64,000 bases of DNA, taken from positions 1,280,001-1,344,000 of the forward strand of contig OZ240211.1 of NCBI GenBank assembly GCA_965197525.1, in the 5' to 3' direction. The notes beneath the pieces were generated by a model. The model saw only the letters and a list, made by a program, of their open reading frames with translations, had not been told where the DNA came from and ran no database searches. This document shows, one piece after another, positions 51,427-60,055 of the stretch. The position numbers and the translations under genes are program-made. The stretch's first letter is position 1. Each line of letters starts with the position of its first letter. Source of the DNA: Nitrosopumilus sp. (GTDB lineage: Archaea > Thermoproteota > Nitrososphaeria > Nitrososphaerales > Nitrosopumilaceae).

Positions 51427-52726
51427 CAGTAGTCGGAAATGTACTCCCTAAATCAACCAACAGACGTTCTCAATTATGTTAACATTCTTCGAACATACTG
51501 ATCTATTACCTACAGTGCCCTTACCCACCTTAGTGTTAACGCAAAAAGGTGGGCAGGTACACCACAATAAGATTGGAGAAAGGATACTTAATACCTTGTC
51601 AGGAATACTAGAGTCTGCACCCATAGGATTCTCTACGAGGAACAATGCCCAATACGGGGTAAGCGAGTTTGCAGCCATACTGATGAAGATGTCTGAATCC
51701 AACATAGCTTCTGAGGAGGCAATCCGGCTGCTCAAGCACGCCAAAAAGAGGATGCCGTCGCCCAAGTGGTTTCGCAACATGATAAACTCGCTGGAATCAG
51801 ACAGTGCAGACGAGCTCTGCACGGATATGATCACACGCACCGCAAGGCTTGCCAAGAATACGTGCCGGTACAAGGGGGGCGTACTAGTAGCAATAGATAA
51901 ACACCTGATACCAAGGCACGACAAGGACAACATGTCACATCTGACAAGATCCAAACCAAAGGGCGGTACAAGCAAGTTCGAGTGTTACGCAACAATGCAT
52001 GTGGTAGCAGAACAGGTTCCGGCCATTTTGGAGTGCATGCAGGTCACGCGCAGCGTGGATGACGCCGACTTTGTGCGTAAATTCGTCCAAAAACTCGTGG
52101 ATTACAGGATACGGGCCCGGTTGCTGCTGATGGACCGCGAGTTTTACTCGACTGAGATAATCAAACTTATATCAGAACACGGACGCAAGTTCCTGATGCC
52201 TGCAGTCAAGAACACGGGGATAAAGAGGATGATACAAGAGCATCACGATAAATTACGCAAGGCAGTCTCGCAGTACACCGTCAGAAACGCAGCAGGCCAG
52301 TCTGTCACATTCACATTGATAATCACACCCTCAAAAAAGATAGACGATCCTGATGTCAATACCACGGAAAGATATCATGTCTTTGCCACCAATCTTTCTC
52401 CTACCAAGGCACTAGACGAGATTGAGACGCTTCCGGAGGAGTACCGGAGAAGGTGGGGGATAGAGACAGGATACAAGCAAGTCGAGCAGGTACGCCCGAG
52501 GACAACAAGCCGCAATGCGTCGTTTAGGGTAATCATGTTTTACGTCTCGCTGTTCATGTACAACGCGTGGGCAGTGGAGCAGTATCGTGCAGATTCGAGT
52601 TATGATCGTGTGACTTTGGCACTTGTCGTATATGCTACAGCAATGGTTGCATTGGAATTATGTAGGATGGTGGGTCAACCGTATGATGTCGGAAAACCTG
52701 CCTAATGGGTACATTTCCGACTACTG
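51427..52726 (+). mobile_element. ISH3-family (IS4-like DDE) insertion sequence, 1300 bp
   Basis: Perfect 18-bp TIR CAGTAGTCGGAAATGTAC (51427-51444; complement at 52709-52726); 5-bp TSD GACTT (51422-51426, 52727-52731). Confidence 0.93.
51476..52705 (+). CDS. DDE transposase (ISH3/IS4 type), intact
   Basis: VAIDKH, LLMDREFYS, YHVFATN, YRRRWGIETGYK (YREK signature). Confidence 0.93.
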   Translation: MLTFFEHTDLLPTVPLPTLVLTQKGGQVHHNKIGERILNTLSGILESAPIGFSTRNNAQYGVSEFAAILMKMSESNIASEEAIRLLKHAKKRMPSPKWFRNMINSLESDSADELCTDMITRTARLAKNTCRYKGGVLVAIDKHLIPRHDKDNMSHLTRSKPKGGTSKFECYATMHVVAEQVPAILECMQVTRSVDDADFVRKFVQKLVDYRIRARLLLMDREFYSTEIIKLISEHGRKFLMPAVKNTGIKRMIQEHHDKLRKAVSQYTVRNAAGQSVTFTLIITPSKKIDDPDVNTTERYHVFATNLSPTKALDEIETLPEEYRRRWGIETGYKQVEQVRPRTTSRNASFRVIMFYVSLFMYNAWAVEQYRADSSYDRVTLALVVYATAMVALELCRMVGQPYDVGKPA

Positions 52727-53014
52727 GACTTGTCTTGATTTTGTCATATTTTTCAACCAGTCCTGTCTCTACTCCCATGTTGAAAAAATACGTCTGAAAA
52801 TTTGCAATCTTGCGTGCCTTTAATGACAATTCTTTTGTCTGCCTTGGTTTTACAATCACTGTTCTATAAATAAAATCTTCTATTTCTTTTTTCATCTAGT
52901 TAATAGTCTGTGTATTATATATAAGCGACGTGTATAATGTAATCCAAGTATGTAATTCCCTTGATTACCTTAAAATTGATTAAATACCACTTATTTTTCT
53001 ATACGTACATCAGC

Positions 53015-53659
53015 ATGCATCCACTAGATCTCTCCCTTACCATAACAAAATCAATTCCAACCTTTCCAGGTTCGCCACAACCGCAATTTATCCGATGGGC
53101 AGACATCCAAAAAGACGGATATAACCTTGAATTATTGTTCCTCAGCTCGCATACTGGTACACATATCGATGCACCATATCATTTTGTCAAGGACGGCCTC
53201 AAGATTCACCAAATCTCACTAGCTAGACTAGTTGGCAAGGCCATTCTAATCAAACTTCCCAAAACCAGCTCCAACAACGTTATAACAAAGTCCGATATTA
53301 TAGCATTTGAAAAAATCAATGGAAAGATTCCAAACAACTCTTCGATCTTCTTTTTTACGTCATGGCAAAAAAATCTGAAAAAAGAGAACTATTTTACTGA
53401 AAACCCCGGTCTTGATGCATCCTCTGCTAAATATCTAGCATCAAAAAAGATCAATCTAGTTGGCATAGATTCTCCAAGCATAGATGTTGGGCAAGATACC
53501 TCATACCACGCACACCACACTCTCTCTCGACATAATATTTTGATAGTAGAGAATCTAACGAATTTGGACAAGATATCTTCCATAAACTTTGATTTTGCAA
53601 TTCTTCCATTAAAACTCCAAGATGCAACCGGCTCTCCTGTGCGTGCTATTGCACTATAA
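53015..53659 (+). CDS. Cyclase family / kynurenine formamidase-like hydrolase
   Basis: HTGTHIDAPYHF, VGIDSPS, IVENL, GSPVRA. Start placed at ATG 53015 (MHPLDLS). Confidence 0.92.
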   Translation: MHPLDLSLTITKSIPTFPGSPQPQFIRWADIQKDGYNLELLFLSSHTGTHIDAPYHFVKDGLKIHQISLARLVGKAILIKLPKTSSNNVITKSDIIAFEKINGKIPNNSSIFFFTSWQKNLKKENYFTENPGLDASSAKYLASKKINLVGIDSPSIDVGQDTSYHAHHTLSRHNILIVENLTNLDKISSINFDFAILPLKLQDATGSPVRAIAL

Positions 53660-53715
53660 TTTATTAAAAGACATATTTCCAATACTAAAAATATACAATC
53701 TAATTATCATTCTGT

Positions 53716-54213
53716 ATGAGCAGACCCGGAAATTTTTATAGAAAGATTCACGGAAGAATCACAAAAAAACCCACTAATTTTTCTTGGCTAATTGAGAAGA
53801 GATTAGCAGGTTCAGGCATACCTACAAGTTCTGATGAATTTAACTGGGTTTTGAGCCAAGGTGTAAAATCAATCGTAACTATGACTGAGAATGCTTTACC
53901 TGCCACGTGGGTAAAAGACATTGACTATCTACACGTACCAACTCCTGATTTAACAGCTCCTGATATAGACAGAATAGACGCCGCAGTGGATTTTATTCAA
54001 GAAAAAATCAAAAATGATATACCTGTGATGGTTCATTGTGCTGCAGGCATGGGGAGAGCAGGTACTATACTTGCATGTTATTTTATCAAATACAAAAAAT
54101 TCTCAGCGGATAAAGCAATTGAAAAGATTCGACATGAACGACCAGGTTCTATTCAATCTCAGGTGCAAGAGACTGCGATTGAATTTTATGAAAAACATGT
54201 AAAAATTAGTTAA
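53716..54213 (+). CDS. Dual-specificity protein phosphatase
   Basis: VHCAAGMGRAG (CX5R), RHERPGSI. Confidence 0.93.
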   Translation: MSRPGNFYRKIHGRITKKPTNFSWLIEKRLAGSGIPTSSDEFNWVLSQGVKSIVTMTENALPATWVKDIDYLHVPTPDLTAPDIDRIDAAVDFIQEKIKNDIPVMVHCAAGMGRAGTILACYFIKYKKFSADKAIEKIRHERPGSIQSQVQETAIEFYEKHVKIS

Positions 54214-54356
54214 ATAAATTCTGAAACTAATTTCCCATCCACAATTTTTATCTTCAAAGTCTTATTCTCTTGAAAGACCAACGTTATACCGCCATCCTCA
54301 TCAGGATCTTCAACCTTGACTAGCTCTAACATTTTGATTGAATCAAATTTCGTCAT
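54210..54356 (-). CDS. 48-aa microprotein, paralogue of the upstream 50-aa ORF
   Basis: MTKFDSIKMLELVKVEDPDEDGGITLVFQENKTLKIKIVDGKLVSEFI (manual translation). Confidence 0.75.
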   Translation of the reverse strand: MTKFDSIKMLELVKVEDPDEDGGITLVFQENKTLKIKIVDGKLVSEFI

Positions 54357-54367
54357 TCATTATTCAC

Positions 54368-54520
54368 CTACTCTGGAATTGATACCGCCTCAATCTTTCC
54401 ATCAACTGCTTTTATGAACAAAAATCTATTATCTTTAAAGATAAAAGTAATTCCACCCTCCTTGTCCGGATCTTCTACTTCAAGTACTGGTTGTCCTAGC
54501 AGACCGTCGTATTTTGCCAT
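54368..54520 (-). CDS. 50-aa microprotein
   Basis: MAKYDGLLGQPVLEVEDPDKEGGITFIFKDNRFLFIKAVDGKIEAVSIPE (manual translation). Confidence 0.75.
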   Translation of the reverse strand: MAKYDGLLGQPVLEVEDPDKEGGITFIFKDNRFLFIKAVDGKIEAVSIPE

Positions 54521-54679
54521 ATAGAATTACAGCAAAAAGTTCCTTATATCCCTAATTATGTTATTTTTTCTATCCGTCTATCTTTTCACAATTGTTCAGA
54601 TCCGACTACAATCATATCTATTTAGTGTGACGTCATTAAGTCTTTGCAATTTACCGAGACATCGAAACGGCTATAGCTG

Positions 54680-54950
54680 GGAACGTTTACCATTGTCAAA
54701 ACTAGGTGGATTACTTCCCGTCACTTGGAAGTTGTAGCATCTTACCTTACCACAGTCCAGATCTGTAGGACAGGGAGAAACGCAGACACATGGTACGAGG
54801 GATCATATCTTGGTTGTTTTTGGGATTCTGACACTATCAGCTTTTCTGTGATGGGAATTGGGTCATGGAGAGTATCCAGCGGGATCCTTGTTTAGCTATA
54901 AATTTGTCAGGAAAAGAACATACCGATATTTTTGCATGCCTCACCCATGA
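54680..54950 (-). pseudogene. Degraded Excalibur-like calcium-binding domain gene fragment
   Basis: RYDPSY in one frame continues after a frameshift as CVSPCPTDLDCGKVRCYNFQVTGSNPPSFD; stops upstream. Confidence 0.5.
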
Positions 54951-55065
54951 CAGACCGGATTAGTTGTGGTAGAATAACTAGTAAGGATTTAATTTAATCC
55001 AAGTGTTTATCTTATTGATGTTTGGTTTCTGGTATGTTAGGTAGAACATTACTTCAGGATTGGAT

Positions 55066-55296
55066 CTAGCCAGACGGTAAACCATCATTAATGATTTTTT
55101 CCAACACGTCCTTTCTATGGTAAAATGCAAGCGGGTCAGTATCAAAAATACGGTATAGTTTTTTTATTGCCCATAAAGGCACATCAAGCCCTGAAGAGAC
55201 GTTGCATTTGTCACAGACGCCGGTGGTGTCAAATGGTTTTCCCCCATCGTACTCTTTCTGGCAGATGGGGCACACGGGTTTGCCTGACGACATCAT
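55066..55296 (-). CDS. Small zinc-ribbon protein
   Basis: CPIC...CDKC; start placed at MMSSGKP. Confidence 0.6.
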   Translation of the reverse strand: MMSSGKPVCPICQKEYDGGKPFDTTGVCDKCNVSSGLDVPLWAIKKLYRIFDTDPLAFYHRKDVLEKIINDGLPSG

Positions 55297-55360
55297 GTAT
55301 ACCTGTCTTGTAGTCAGGCGAATGGATAAAAAAAATGGATAGGTTTTATTGGTCAGCATG

Positions 55361-56062
55361 TCACAGCACGAGGTATCTGTCTCTCTCTATGTTCCACATT
55401 GAATAATGCGCGATTGTGGTAAATTTGACTAGGTCTCCGTCATGCATGATCCTGTCCGTACAGGTTTGCTGGAATGTGGCGTTGTTGTCTACGATGTTGT
55501 TGCTTGCACATAGCCAACCCTGAGTGAAGTTGTGAACTATCACTTCATACGTGTAAAATGAGGTTCCCCAGCATGCTGGATATACACCAATAGATAGGGG
55601 ATCGGTGTATATGATTGCCCAGTATGATGTGTCTGTTGGCGTGTTGATGGTTGCTCTGGCATTATATGTCTGGCTTGAATTATTGCATCCAATCTGTGCG
55701 TCATCCACTATCACATAATGGCCTGACGATGACCGTGGCATTCTGTCTACCTTGTTTGTCTGGCCTTCGTATGTGTCAGAAATCGGGGATAACCGTTGAA
55801 TTTTCTCATCTATTGCTGACAGCCTTTCATTAAGGTTTGCGATGTTCTCAAGATGCGTGTTTCGTTGCTCTTCTGTCTGAGATGCTGCTGCAAGCTTCTC
55901 CTCTTCTATGATTTCATCTTGGATTGTATTTGCTTGTGCAAACAACTCAATCAGCCGCTCTCTTATGTCACTGACCTTTTCTGTTGCAGAGGATTGTTCA
56001 ATTCCCATGGGAATCACCAATGCCAAAGCAAGCATAGACATCAAGAAAATAACTTTCTTCAT
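55361..56062 (-). CDS. Secreted protein: signal peptide, helical hairpin, Cys-containing C-terminal domain
   Basis: MKKVIFLMSMLALALVIPMGIEQSSA signal peptide; four Cys in a beta-rich C-terminal domain. Confidence 0.75.
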   Translation of the reverse strand: MKKVIFLMSMLALALVIPMGIEQSSATEKVSDIRERLIELFAQANTIQDEIIEEEKLAAASQTEEQRNTHLENIANLNERLSAIDEKIQRLSPISDTYEGQTNKVDRMPRSSSGHYVIVDDAQIGCNNSSQTYNARATINTPTDTSYWAIIYTDPLSIGVYPACWGTSFYTYEVIVHNFTQGWLCASNNIVDNNATFQQTCTDRIMHDGDLVKFTTIAHYSMWNIERDRYLVL

Positions 56063-56830
56063 TGCAGAATCGAAGAAATATAAAGTTAATAGGGTTTGAT
56101 TAAAAATATTTTGAACCAACAAAGTCATTAGCTCCTACATTGAGCGCGCAAGTAATTATGTGTTTCTGAGGAATTTTACCGAATAAAATAAAACATGATT
56201 TTTAGAAAGTTAGGATAATTTCAGTTCGTCTGTCAAGCGTAGTTTTCTCCAAACTCCTAGAGATGGTCTTTGAATAAATTAGCCAACCACATCACCAGAA
56301 TGACCAGAATTCCTCAGATAAGCCAGATCTAATAAATTCATCAGAAACCATAAGAATGATTTCTATTAATATGAGAAGCCAAGTCTTGAAAAACATCTCA
56401 TTTTCCAAAATCAATGCCAAAAACTAGGCACAAAAGATCCGTTAACAGCAGGAAACTACGTGGAACAATAACTAATTCGCGCTCGTATTACTGAAAGTGG
56501 TCATTTCACCACTGAGCTGATTGTTTTGAATCCATTCTATGGTACTCTCCTTTTGTTCCATCTTGTCCTGTAGGAAGGCAATTCTTTCGTGGATTGTCGT
56601 CATGTTTTCACGCAAAACATCCTCCCTAAAAACACATGTCCCGCTTTAATCTTAATTACCAGTATGTTTTCCTATGAAATTCAAAATCCCCGCACTTGGT
56701 GTGTGTTTGTGCGCCTTTATAATCAAGCGAGTTGTTTGCCAATACTTTGTCCCTGATAAATTAACACGTCATGGCAATAATGTTTACTTCAATATTTTTT
56801 GAATCAAATCCTATTAACATAACATCTTAA

Positions 56831-58078
56831 ATGTGGGTAATGACTACAAAAACTACAAAGACAACACTGATTGTAGCAATTGCCGCAGCGATGATCCTGT
56901 CCGTAACAGGCATGGATTATGTGTCAGGGCAAGAGTCTACCACCAGCAGGATCGCCGAACCACAGGACTCACCTGCAAAGATAGCCATTCAGGAAAGAGC
57001 AGACACGCTGTTTGCAGAGCAGGAACTCGTATATGCTGAAGGCGCACCGCTCAAGTCAAAGTATGACAAACGCGGAATGGACGCAATGACGGAACAGGAA
57101 GTCAGGAACATGAAGCGAATAGCCAAACAGTTGGAAAACATAAAGCTGAAAATTGACAGGCTTAATACTGAATCCAAGGCCTTGGTCACCATTTCAGACA
57201 ATGACAAGAATGTACTACGCAACGCAATGGATGCGATTGTGGATGCAGAGATCCCCTTCACTGGAATGTCTTCTGACTGGAACAACGAAGCGTTAGCTAT
57301 AGGGTTTGAGACTCAGGAGCTTGCAGACCAGTATGCGCCACAGATTGACGAACTGACTGACGTGACGTTCTATACGCGCGTTCACGGTTATCCAGTATTG
57401 GACGCGTGTGCATCACTGACGTCCAACTGTGACCCGTTACTGGGAGGAGTGAAAATCGCTATCGATTTTGCCCCCGATAACCCAGTGGGATGCTCGTATT
57501 CCACGGCAGCAGACAGGGATGTGTTCTGGTGGACAGACTATGGGTTCCTTACTGCAGCGCACTGCTTCCCGCATAATGCATCTGGTACTGACGTTTGGCA
57601 GCCAGATGAGAACGGCGGAAAGATAGGCGACTTGAATATCTGGAAGTGGGACACAAACAGTGCTGATTGTGACTGTGCCTTTGTCAAAAAGGCAGGTAAT
57701 GAGATGCACTGGAAAGCCGCATATGAAGGCTCACACGACTCGATCTCATTCGGCGGATTTTCAGATCCCTCAGTAGGTGAATACGTGACAATTGTAGGCC
57801 AGAACGGAATACGCCACAACCTGCAAGTTGATTCGTTGGAATACACAGCAAGGACAACTTCACATGACAATCCTCCCGTCCGGCATCTCATGGTAGACAT
57901 GATTGAGCTGGACAACTGGGGAACGTCATCAGGTGACAGCGGAGGCACCGTTTATGGAGCAGGTTCCAACCCGCACTACCACGGCATAATCCAAGGTCAC
58001 ATTGGTTCCACCGGGTCATCTGGCAAGACGATAGTCAGCGCATGGACAAACATAGACACACACTTTGGACTTAACTAG
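56831..58078 (+). CDS. Secreted S1 (chymotrypsin-clan) serine protease with propeptide
   Basis: Signal peptide; catalytic triad motifs FLTAAHC, DCDCAFV, SGDSGG. Confidence 0.9.
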   Translation: MWVMTTKTTKTTLIVAIAAAMILSVTGMDYVSGQESTTSRIAEPQDSPAKIAIQERADTLFAEQELVYAEGAPLKSKYDKRGMDAMTEQEVRNMKRIAKQLENIKLKIDRLNTESKALVTISDNDKNVLRNAMDAIVDAEIPFTGMSSDWNNEALAIGFETQELADQYAPQIDELTDVTFYTRVHGYPVLDACASLTSNCDPLLGGVKIAIDFAPDNPVGCSYSTAADRDVFWWTDYGFLTAAHCFPHNASGTDVWQPDENGGKIGDLNIWKWDTNSADCDCAFVKKAGNEMHWKAAYEGSHDSISFGGFSDPSVGEYVTIVGQNGIRHNLQVDSLEYTARTTSHDNPPVRHLMVDMIELDNWGTSSGDSGGTVYGAGSNPHYHGIIQGHIGSTGSSGKTIVSAWTNIDTHFGLN

Positions 58079-58715
58079 TCCATTTTTTTCTTTTCTCAAA
58101 CCGATTAGAAAGAACACGTTCCAAAAGTATTCCCGTTGTAACCACCATTGCCGGAACAATCAGTGAAATCGCGATAGACTCGATAGAATATGCTCCTGTC
58201 AACGTATCTGTCACATGGGAAAAGACACCGTCAAGAATTACTGTGGCGTCGGGATCTATTTTATCTTCTGGTTTGGAAGGAACTTGGTACTTCCTGACTG
58301 CAAACCATGACACAACCCCTGCAATGCCTACTCCAGCAAACCTCATAACACGTATCAGTGCGTTTGATAGAGATTTGCTTTTTCTGGCTTTCTCTGCCGC
58401 CTTTTCGGGCAGTATCAGTATGCCAGGCTTTGCAGCATAGTATTTCATTGTTCTGTTTTTGCTGTTGAATTTTGTCTTGGAAACCACTACTACACCAGCA
58501 CACATCATGATGTTGAGATGATGTATTACCAGTGACAGTGACAGTTCAGTCTTCTTTGAAATCTCCTGTGCGGTAAGCTCCTCGTTCCACAAAAACTGTA
58601 GGATAACCTTGCTGTTTTTGCTGTTCAGAGTCTTTCCAAGAGGCTTGAGTTTTTCATCCTTGTTGGAAAATATCATTACATCTTCAAACGGTTCGTCTTT
58701 GGAAGCGTCTACCAT
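58071..58715 (-). CDS. ArsR-like winged-helix regulator with two C-terminal TM segments
   Basis: ELTAQEISKKTELSLSLVIHHLNIM..MKYY; TMs FAGVGIAGVVSWFAV and IAISLIVPAMVVTTGILL. Confidence 0.8.
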   Translation of the reverse strand: MVDASKDEPFEDVMIFSNKDEKLKPLGKTLNSKNSKVILQFLWNEELTAQEISKKTELSLSLVIHHLNIMMCAGVVVVSKTKFNSKNRTMKYYAAKPGILILPEKAAEKARKSKSLSNALIRVMRFAGVGIAGVVSWFAVRKYQVPSKPEDKIDPDATVILDGVFSHVTDTLTGAYSIESIAISLIVPAMVVTTGILLERVLSNRFEKRKKWTS

Positions 58716-58873
58716 TTAAAAAAACGACAGCTCTTCATATTAAAAAGATTTGTTTGATCAGGTTACCTACCGACAACTTCCCAGTCCGTTATAGATCTAT
58801 ATGTGGAAACAATCAATCATTAATATCCATCAAGATCTGAATATTACAATACTATAACAATATCTCTGGCATC

Positions 58874-59410
58874 CTAACCAACTGCGACTTCGATCTCATT
58901 GGCGTGGTTCTTAATATTTCCAGTTTCAGTATAATCGTGCTTTTGCCATGACGCAAAGACCTCCGCACTAATCTTATGCTTACCTATGCCTAAATCTGAT
59001 GCCTTGAACACAAATCTTTCATCAAAATCAAATAATTCTTTCCTTACATCTTCCTCCGTTAATCTGATAAACGGCTCAAAATTTTTGGCCACCTGCACCC
59101 AAATTCTTTTATCTTTCATTGGATTGACGAGTTTTGGGTTTCTTGTCCAAAAGATAGATGCTTTTCTATAGGTATCAACCGTTCGTCCTAACTCCTTCTT
59201 CCTGAATCCTCCAGATGTTAGTTTTACACCGTATTTTATCTTAAATGAAACATCATTGTTGTTGTATGCCTTGGTCCAGTTACTCTCATTAAAATCATCT
59301 CTTAAACCTCCCCGTACAGAAAACTGCACGTTTATCTGAATATTTTCATTGAGTGCGTATGCATCCTTTTGACTTGTCAATTTTATCTCTGAGATTCGAC
59401 TTTCACCCAT
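58874..59410 (-). CDS. Hypothetical protein (Ig-like beta-rich)
   Basis: 178-aa ORF with normal composition; no recognised motif. Confidence 0.7.
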   Translation of the reverse strand: MGESRISEIKLTSQKDAYALNENIQINVQFSVRGGLRDDFNESNWTKAYNNNDVSFKIKYGVKLTSGGFRKKELGRTVDTYRKASIFWTRNPKLVNPMKDKRIWVQVAKNFEPFIRLTEEDVRKELFDFDERFVFKASDLGIGKHKISAEVFASWQKHDYTETGNIKNHANEIEVAVG

Positions 59411-59457
59411 TTACTACATAATGATTTATATCCGCAATATGTGCTTTTTCTGAATAC

Positions 59458-59736
59458 ATGAACGCGCAAGTGATAAGTTCCAAGCCTAAAGAGATCAATC
59501 TTTCAATCACCCAAACCGATGTAGGGATTTTATACATCATTCAGCATGAGCTTTTACAAGCATCAAACGTTGATTTTGCAGGAGTTATTGTAAAACACCC
59601 TCTTACCAACGAATGCTGGATGAGAATTAACTCTACTACAAAGCCGTTAGGGGTGATTAAACGTGCAACAGGATCTGCAACAACCATGGCAAACGAACTC
59701 AAAGAACTATTCAAATCTGAACTAAAGGTAAGCTAA
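59458..59736 (+). CDS. rpoL: RNA polymerase subunit Rpo11/RpoL
   Basis: ILYIIQHELL..VDFAGVIVKHPL; adjacent to TFS. Confidence 0.82.
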   Translation: MNAQVISSKPKEINLSITQTDVGILYIIQHELLQASNVDFAGVIVKHPLTNECWMRINSTTKPLGVIKRATGSATTMANELKELFKSELKVS

Positions 59737-59737
59737 A

Positions 59738-60055
59738 TTGAAATTTTGCCCAGACTGTGGAGTTAAATTAAAAAATAGCGATTCCGGTCTTCAATGCCCC
59801 AAATGTGGTCACATTGAAGGATCAAAGATAAAACCCAAAAAACAGATTGTTGAAGATCAAGAACCCACCAAAGATTTTACTGTTTTTGAAGCAGATGAAG
59901 GTGATGAGATGCTACCTACAATTGAGATAGAATGTGAAAAATGCGGTCATAATCTGGCTGTTTGGTGGATGTTTCAAACTCGAAGTGCTGATGAACCAAC
60001 TACCCAATTTTACCGATGCCAAAAATGTAAATATACCTGGCGTAATTATGCATGA
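59738..60055 (+). CDS. tfs: Transcription elongation factor TFS
   Basis: MKFCPDCG...CEKCG...QTRSADEPTTQFYRCQKC. Confidence 0.93.
   Translation: MKFCPDCGVKLKNSDSGLQCPKCGHIEGSKIKPKKQIVEDQEPTKDFTVFEADEGDEMLPTIEIECEKCGHNLAVWWMFQTRSADEPTTQFYRCQKCKYTWRNYA

Larger units (their letters stand above)
50023..52895 (-). pseudogene. tnpB: TnpB/Cas12f-like RuvC nuclease, interrupted by an IS and a 1-nt frameshift (three pieces: 52727-52895, 50679-51426, 50023-50703)
   Basis: GIDMG (RuvC-I), VMEKL (RuvC-II), TSITCSKC...CVCCG Zn finger, DADGNAGANI (RuvC-III). Fragments rejoin in frame across the IS TSD as KIKTS-RAITN. Confidence 0.9.
50018..52960 (-). mobile_element. Non-autonomous TIR/TSD-bounded element carrying only a tnpB-like gene (1638 bp without the nested IS)
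   Basis: Ends GGGACTTAAATACCTAGGTTACATT (50018-50042) and reverse complement of 52936-52960, GGGAATTACATACTTGGATTACATT, match at 20/25. Identical TTGATTAC lies directly outside both ends. Confidence 0.85.

Noticed and set aside
51448-51975. Antisense shadow ORFs (also 1459-1842, 24667-25131, 45006-45743, 20182-20547 and many similar)
   Set aside because: They lie opposite well-supported genes and show no recognisable motifs.
52635-52895. 86-aa ORF as an independent gene
   Set aside because: Its first 56 codons are the tnpB N-terminus; the rest is read-through into the IS end.
52976-52988. TTAAATACC in the flank repeats a 9-mer inside the far TIR (50023-50031)
   Set aside because: Short AT-rich match that could be chance; cannot be assessed without more insertion sites.
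52961-53014. N-terminal extension of the cyclase ORF from a TTG at 52961
   Set aside because: The TTG is the first codon of the TSD; the recognisable domain starts at ATG 53015.
49700-54200. CRISPR array associated with the TnpB/Cas12f-like gene
   Set aside because: No repeat-spacer series is visible on either side; flanks are ordinary Lrp and cyclase genes.
54601-54609. TCCGACTAC, a partial match to the ISH3 TIR at the island edge
   Set aside because: Only 9 of 18 bp, with no partner repeat or TSD.
56160-56620. Hydrophobic minus-strand reading frame with several in-frame stops
   Set aside because: Could be a decayed membrane-protein gene, but there is no recognisable motif and the stop density is not clearly below chance.
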